43,366 bases of DNA. It comes from Candidatus Micrarchaeota archaeon. Lineage in GTDB: Archaea > Micrarchaeota > Micrarchaeia > Micrarchaeales > Micrarchaeaceae. The DNA lies in contig DAHWIF010000009.1 in assembly GCA_027345565.1 (NCBI GenBank), forward strand, positions 1-43,366. The letters run 5' to 3'. Positions 38,305 through 43,366 of the stretch are shown one piece after another (within the stretch, counting starts at the first letter, position 1; each line of letters begins with the position of its first letter). The notes under the pieces were generated by a model that was not told the DNA's origin, ran no database searches, and saw only the letters and a list, made by a program, of their open reading frames with translations. Made by a program: the position numbers and the translations under genes.

Positions 38305-38904
38305 CTAAGCGTCTGCGCCTGCCCTCTTGAATGCTGGCAATGAGGCTGCGCGGCCTTCATAATACTCCCTTTTAAGATATGTCTCCATTGTCTCGGCGCG
38401 GTACAGCTGCTCTGTGAGTGCTCTGGATCCCATCCTGATTGCCATATCTACGTCGGAGAGCGTGTCTTCGAACGTGCGGTATCGTACAGGCACATAACCC
38501 CCTCCGCCGCCGATCGGCACCTCCAAGACGCCCCCGCTCGCGGCTGCAGCCATAAGCGATGCCATATGCTTCGTCCTTATCTCAGGCGTACCGTAAATAG
38601 CCTCTATGACCTTGCACCTCGGGTATGTGTGCTTGAGCGCGTTCGAGAGCCTGTCTATGAGCGGTATCTCGACCGGATCGCCGAAGTACCTCCTCAGTTG
38701 GTCCAATGTTGGCTCCTCCATGAGATACCCGAGCAGCCCGTGTATCCTCGATACGTAAGAGAGCTGGGTGTCGTCCCCACTCTTCCTATCCATTCCGCGC
38801 ATGAGCACCCTATCGTAGTACTCGTTTTCCACCGCTATAAGAGCGTTTGCGTAGTCCGTAGCAGTTTTGGCTGTTTTACTCATTTTATGACCCATATAAA
38901 CCAT
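38305..38904 (-). CDS. Hypothetical protein
   Basis: 199-aa ORF filling the gap between fni and the chaperone operon; no motif recognised. Confidence 0.55.
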   Translation of the reverse strand: MVYMGHKMSKTAKTATDYANALIAVENEYYDRVLMRGMDRKSGDDTQLSYVSRIHGLLGYLMEEPTLDQLRRYFGDPVEIPLIDRLSNALKHTYPRCKVIEAIYGTPEIRTKHMASLMAAAASGGVLEVPIGGGGGYVPVRYRTFEDTLSDVDMAIRMGSRALTEQLYRAETMETYLKREYYEGRAASLPAFKRAGADA

Positions 38905-38948
38905 GTCTTTACCAGATATATATTTGTTTTGCTAGCCCTGCTGGCTTT

Positions 38949-40001
38949 CTAGCTCCTGATGCCCCTGTCGATCAGCACGCTCTTCAGCGGATCCTTGAAT
39001 GCTACCTTAGCCTTGGCGAGCTCCTTGAGCGATTGGAAACCCAGCCTTGCCATTTCCTTCCTGATTCCATCTGATGTCCCGCTCAGGAACCTATAAACGC
39101 CCTCGCTGCCCCCCTTCCTCTCACTGATTATAACAGGCTGCGCAATCCCGCAACGCTCCGCGCCTATGGCCAGCGCCTTGACCACGTCTTGCGGCGTCCT
39201 TATCCCGCCGCTTGCCCAGACAGGCCCGCCGAACACGCTCTTCGCTTCCAGCACAGAGAGCGCAGTCGGTATCCCCCAGTCCCAGAACGCGTCGCCATAC
39301 TTGCTCCTGTTCCTGTAGGTCTCTACTCCTATCCATGTGGTGCCGCCTGCGCCCTGCACGTCTATTGCGTACACCTTGCCGTTTAGCTGCCGTGCCACCT
39401 CCTTCGATATGCCATTGCCTACCTCCTTCACTATGACAGGCTGGTGTATCCCCTTTGCGACCTCGATTATCCGCGCCATGACCCCGCGGAAGTCCATGTC
39501 ACCCTCAGGCTGTATGCTCTCCTGCCCAGGGTTAGTGTGCACAGCGAGCATGTCCGCCCTTATTGAATCAAGCATCTTCTGTATGCGCTCGTTCGCGTAT
39601 GCCGGAAGTTTCGACGCACCTATGTTGCCTATCAATATCAGCTCAGGCGCAAACTTCTTCACGTCGTAAGTGTAGAGCAGGTCCTCTTTCTCTATCATGG
39701 AGCGCTGGCTTCCCACGCCCATTGGTATGCCGAGGCGCGCGGCCGCCATCGCTATATTCTTGTTTATCTCTAACGTTGCTGGATGCCCTCCTGTCATGCC
39801 TGATATGAATATTGGGGCGGATACCGGCCTGCCGAGCAGCTCAGACTCTGTATCGACATCTTTCTGGTCCAACGCGCCTCCATTAGGCTGCACCTCGACC
39901 AGCTCAAGCATCGTCGTCTTCTTCCTGTACTGCGTGTTCTTTTCGACTATTATCTGGATATGCTTGAGCTTCCTTTCCTGGGTTATGCCGCTGTCTGGTA
40001 T
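38949..40001 (-). CDS. fni: Type 2 isopentenyl-diphosphate delta-isomerase
   Basis: RKLKH, ISGMTGG, GVGSQR, GNIG, HTNPGQESIQPEGD, VKEVGNG, GAGGTTW, WGIPT and ASGGIR. The 5' end is extended to ATA 40001 to include RKxxH. Confidence 0.95.
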   Translation of the reverse strand: MPDSGITQERKLKHIQIIVEKNTQYRKKTTMLELVEVQPNGGALDQKDVDTESELLGRPVSAPIFISGMTGGHPATLEINKNIAMAAARLGIPMGVGSQRSMIEKEDLLYTYDVKKFAPELILIGNIGASKLPAYANERIQKMLDSIRADMLAVHTNPGQESIQPEGDMDFRGVMARIIEVAKGIHQPVIVKEVGNGISKEVARQLNGKVYAIDVQGAGGTTWIGVETYRNRSKYGDAFWDWGIPTALSVLEAKSVFGGPVWASGGIRTPQDVVKALAIGAERCGIAQPVIISERKGGSEGVYRFLSGTSDGIRKEMARLGFQSLKELAKAKVAFKDPLKSVLIDRGIRS

Positions 40002-40005
40002 GTTC

Positions 40006-40431
40006 TCACTTGAACCTGTATATCGGCGCCTGGCCTAACGCGCCTATGTTGATGGAATTCGTCAAAAACATGGCGATCCTGAGCTGCTTCATAAACATGC
40101 CGGCGCTGTCCGCGTCAGACCTTTTTATGCACGGGAGCACGGAGTTGCCCAGCAGCCTTATCGCTTTCGCAGCGTCCAGCCCGTCCTCGACCTCGACAGT
40201 TTGGCTGGACTGGAGCCTGACCGCCAGCTTGCCGTCGACAAACACGTTTTTCTGGAATACCGATGGGATTGCGGCTCTGCTGGAAAGCTGCGCCGCCTCC
40301 TCATTGCTCGACGCCTGCACTGCCATGGGGCAAGGCAGCGTAAAGCCTTCATTAAGCGCATACCTCGTGTCTGCCTCGCTGAGCGCCATATCGGGTATTG
40401 CGCAGTGCACAAACTGTATGCTATCTATCAT
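40006..40431 (-). CDS. Truncated IDI-2-like paralogue (N- and C-terminal segments only)
   Basis: IQFVHCAIPDMALSEADT..L..P matches the IDI-2 N-terminal segment; GLDAAKAI and QLRIAMFLT....AL match the C-terminus; FMN/catalytic core is absent. Confidence 0.7.
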   Translation of the reverse strand: MIDSIQFVHCAIPDMALSEADTRYALNEGFTLPCPMAVQASSNEEAAQLSSRAAIPSVFQKNVFVDGKLAVRLQSSQTVEVEDGLDAAKAIRLLGNSVLPCIKRSDADSAGMFMKQLRIAMFLTNSINIGALGQAPIYRFK

Positions 40432-40588
40432 CTACATCGCACCCTCGTCATAATAGAATCGAGATAAAGAGATATAAATACTATTTGGTGGGTGTCATAA
40501 AACGGACTAGTTAGCAATTTATTCCTTTAGAGCGTATGATATAACTGGTGGGGAAGTGCTTTTCAACAGCGGGGCAAATGAGGTCAGG

Positions 40589-41773
40589 ATGGAGGAGCTG
40601 GAGGGACTGCTCAACAGCGCCTTCGACCAGAAGCTCTCGTCAATCAACTCCAAGGCCTCCGCGCTTATCCTGAACATAGAGCAGGCGAAGCTTATGCTGG
40701 AGGAAGCGTGCGACCGCTTTGACAAAAGCGGCGCGCCTCCGGACAGGGAGAGCATACGCGCCGCCAGCGAGAGCTACGTGGTGGAGCAGAAGTCGGTGTA
40801 CACGGCGTCGCTCCGCAGGCTCATAGACGCTGAAAGGCCATTGGATGAAAGCAACCTTTACACCTCGTACCACTCGAAGCTCGTTGCAGCGAGGGCGCTG
40901 ATGGATGAGATACTAAAGGTGAACAACAAGTTCAGGATAGTGCTGGAAGCGTACGCGAACGAGCTGGGAAGGTTCAGGAGCGCATACAGCGCAATGGAAA
41001 GGGCGGTAAAGGATCTAGGCACGAGGCTGGAGACCAAAGAGACGGAACTGAAGGAGTACAACAGCCTGCTCCAGGAAATAGAGAGGCTCGCGGCCTTCAC
41101 CAGGGAGCTTGAGGGGCTTGGTAGGGCTGAGAAGGAGGTGGATGCCGAGGCCAGCACCGCAAAAGCCGGGAGCACAGATTCCGCAGGGCCGCTGAGGGAG
41201 AGCCTCTCAGCTAAAAGGGCGGAGATATCCAACATCGACAGGGCGATATCCGATGCAAGGAGCACCATAGCGTCGAGGCTCGCCCCGCTTGAGAAGCCGG
41301 CAAGGAAGTACGAGCATGGGGCTACATCCAAGATGCACCTCACATACTATCTTGAGGATCCGGTGAACGCGCTCTCTGGAAAGGAGGAGGGGGTACGCGA
41401 GTTCACGAAGCACGTGATGTCGCTCAAGAAGGAGGTGCAGGAGAACAGGATAGCGGTGAAGAATGCCGGCGAGATGCTGCAGGCAGCTGACTTCGTTATC
41501 AACGAGGACCTGATGCGGTTCATCGATGAGGTTGAGATACTAAAGGGCAAAAGGAGGGGTGCATTGCAAGAGGCCTCGGAGCTCGAGAGGGCAATCCGCG
41601 ATGTGGAGAGAGCCGAGGGGGAGAAGATGAGGAAGGTGAAGGCGGCCAGCGAGCTGAAGGAGGAGCTCGCAAGGATAGCAAAGGCGAAGGAAACAGCGAG
41701 GGCCAACATAGAGAGCATGTTCGAGAGGTTCTACAGGAGGAATATCAAGGTGGTGGATCACCAAGGACGATAG
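40589..41773 (+). CDS. Long coiled-coil protein of unknown function
   Basis: E/K/R/L-rich heptad pattern; no ATPase motif; GAGGT RBS-like site. Confidence 0.75.
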   Translation: MEELEGLLNSAFDQKLSSINSKASALILNIEQAKLMLEEACDRFDKSGAPPDRESIRAASESYVVEQKSVYTASLRRLIDAERPLDESNLYTSYHSKLVAARALMDEILKVNNKFRIVLEAYANELGRFRSAYSAMERAVKDLGTRLETKETELKEYNSLLQEIERLAAFTRELEGLGRAEKEVDAEASTAKAGSTDSAGPLRESLSAKRAEISNIDRAISDARSTIASRLAPLEKPARKYEHGATSKMHLTYYLEDPVNALSGKEEGVREFTKHVMSLKKEVQENRIAVKNAGEMLQAADFVINEDLMRFIDEVEILKGKRRGALQEASELERAIRDVERAEGEKMRKVKAASELKEELARIAKAKETARANIESMFERFYRRNIKVVDHQGR

Positions 41774-41777
41774 GCGC

Positions 41778-42569
41778 TCAGCCTCCTCCGCTGGTGTACT
41801 TTTTCATGAGGTGGTTGCACGCGCTGTAGCTCAGCGCCACCATGAGCATCGAGAGGCCTGCCACGGCAGCAAACGTTACAGGCGAGACCTCGCCGAGCAG
41901 CACTGTAGAGGGGTAGTAGTACGCTAGGCCTATCGGGAAGAGCAGCGTGAATGCGAGCTGCCCGACCAAGCCGTAGACGCTCAGCGGGTAGGTGCTTATG
42001 CTCTGCGAGAGGTTGAGCAGGCGCTGCACAGAGTTCGCGCTCTTCATCACATGATACGCAAGCAATGAGAGCATCAGTATGAAAAGCACTATAGCTATCG
42101 TCCCGATCACCAGCAAAGACGCGTATTCCAGCAGGAAGAGAGGGCCGAAACTCACGTGCGAAGCTGCATAGATGAGCAGGACAAGCCCGCTGATTATGGA
42201 GACGTTGGAGACGTTGCTGTAGTTGTTCGAGAGCAGCACGGTAATCCTGCCGTACGGCCTTAGCAGGTACGGGTCGAGGGAGCCGCGCTGCATGCCCTGC
42301 ACTATCGCCCACGGGTTTATCAAGTACCCGACAGCCCAGAACGCGAGGCTGCCCGTCGCCGCAAGGAAGAGCATCTGGTAGTAGTTCCAGCCGGCTATCC
42401 CGCTCGAGACCTGGTAGATGACGCTTATAGTTATGAACGCCGAGAGCACGGAGAATGAAGACGTCAGGAAGAACAGCGCCGCGTTCGCCCTGTATGTGAG
42501 CAGCCCCTTCCACGCATAGTGCTGCTGCTTCATGAAGTACGATATCTCGCTCCTAATGCCGAACCCCAT
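41778..42569 (-). CDS. ABC-2 family transporter permease
   Basis: GIAGWNYYQ, GSLDPYLLRP, YPLSVY, YYPS and KKYTSGGG. Confidence 0.88.
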   Translation of the reverse strand: MGFGIRSEISYFMKQQHYAWKGLLTYRANAALFFLTSSFSVLSAFITISVIYQVSSGIAGWNYYQMLFLAATGSLAFWAVGYLINPWAIVQGMQRGSLDPYLLRPYGRITVLLSNNYSNVSNVSIISGLVLLIYAASHVSFGPLFLLEYASLLVIGTIAIVLFILMLSLLAYHVMKSANSVQRLLNLSQSISTYPLSVYGLVGQLAFTLLFPIGLAYYYPSTVLLGEVSPVTFAAVAGLSMLMVALSYSACNHLMKKYTSGGG

Positions 42570-43366
42570 CTAACCACCAACGAAGCTTATTCTCTTCTTT
42601 ATGTGCCCCCACCAGTACGCCGCGAAGAGCATTATGGCGGCGGCCCATGCGATGCCGACGAGGATGTTCTGCACGGCCGCGCCTGTAGTTATCACTCCGA
42701 GCAGCGTAGCGGCAGGAGCATAAGCGATGAACTGGAAGGGCGTGAACGCGATGAAGCCCTGGAGCGCCTTCGGGAACAGGTTCAGCGGCACGAACACGCC
42801 CCCGAGTATCTGGAATATGTAATAGGCCAGACCTGACGCACCGAATATGTTGGTTGTGTAGACCGCGAGAGTGCCCATCATGAAGAACACGGTGTTGAGG
42901 ATGGAGAACCCCAGCAGCAGCTCTGCGAAAGTGAGCAGCGCTGTTGCCATCGATACCGCCATGTGCGATATCAGCGCCGCTATTACGATCAACGGCACAG
43001 AAATGAAGGCTACCTGCAGTATCGTTCCTGGGAGCGAGTAGAAAAACACCTGCGCAATGTAGTTGACAGGCCTGAGCATTGACGTGGTAAGGCTGCCGCT
43101 GTATATCGCCTGCTGAACAGAGCCGTCTATGTCCATGTCTATCATCGTGAATATCGCGTTAATTATGAAGAAGTAGACGTACATCGACAGTATAGTGTAG
43201 CCGCCTATCTCTGCCCTGCCGGTAGCCATATAGATGGCCGTCCAGACCAGTATCATTATCACTGAGGCAGAAAGCCTGAAGACCAGCGAGATGGCGAGGT
43301 CCGACTTGTACGCGAAGTTCTCCTTGAAGCCGGCAACCATGTATGCGAGGTGCGCCTGCCAGTTGC
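42570..43366 (-). CDS. ABC-2 family transporter permease (5' end outside window)
   Basis: IGGYT..M..YF, IYSGSL...MLRPVNY, GGVFVPLNLFP and C-terminal VGG; the frame is open to the window edge. Confidence 0.88.
   Translation of the reverse strand, partial: NWQAHLAYMVAGFKENFAYKSDLAISLVFRLSASVIMILVWTAIYMATGRAEIGGYTILSMYVYFFIINAIFTMIDMDIDGSVQQAIYSGSLTTSMLRPVNYIAQVFFYSLPGTILQVAFISVPLIVIAALISHMAVSMATALLTFAELLLGFSILNTVFFMMGTLAVYTTNIFGASGLAYYIFQILGGVFVPLNLFPKALQGFIAFTPFQFIAYAPAATLLGVITTGAAVQNILVGIAWAAAIMLFAAYWWGHIKKRISFVGG

Noticed and set aside
1-43366. CRISPR array, rRNA, prophage or defence island
   Set aside because: No regularly spaced repeats, rRNA-like sequence, viral hallmark genes or recognisable defence genes were seen on manual reading.

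Overview
This is an archaeal chromosomal window of densely packed housekeeping genes; a Micrarchaeota/DPANN-like origin is my inference from gene content and compactness. It contains: partial class II lysS; a decayed IS5/IS903-group element; dnaG; pyrE; a PadR-ABC-2 exporter-S-layer-like operon; a tandem Alba-Alba fusion; CBS and DHH proteins; rps6e-aIF2gamma; tRNA-Gly and tRNA-Glu; a divergent histone-fold gene; ileS; mtaB-gatD-gatE; nreA; dcd; tmk; a PRC-barrel gene; tfb; a TRAM gene; psmB-fttA; a wHTH regulator-grpE-dnaK-dnaJ operon; type 2 IPP isomerase with a truncated paralogue; and ABC-2 permeases. I see no CRISPR array, prophage or recognisable defence island. The most notable observations are: (1) recurrent apparent non-canonical start codons (ATA, ATT, ACG), each 4 nt after a (G/A)GTGA ribosome-binding site; (2) a hollowed-out mini-IDI-2 next to fni; (3) a TFB with an N-terminal AT-hook; (4) a tailed histone variant lacking DNA-binding and tetramerisation residues; (5) an Alba-Alba fusion with a 100-bp perfect internal repeat; (6) IleRS with AVHH/EMHRN signature motifs; (7) a box C/D kink-turn RNA in the dnaG leader. 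All calls come from manual motif recognition; no database searches were run.
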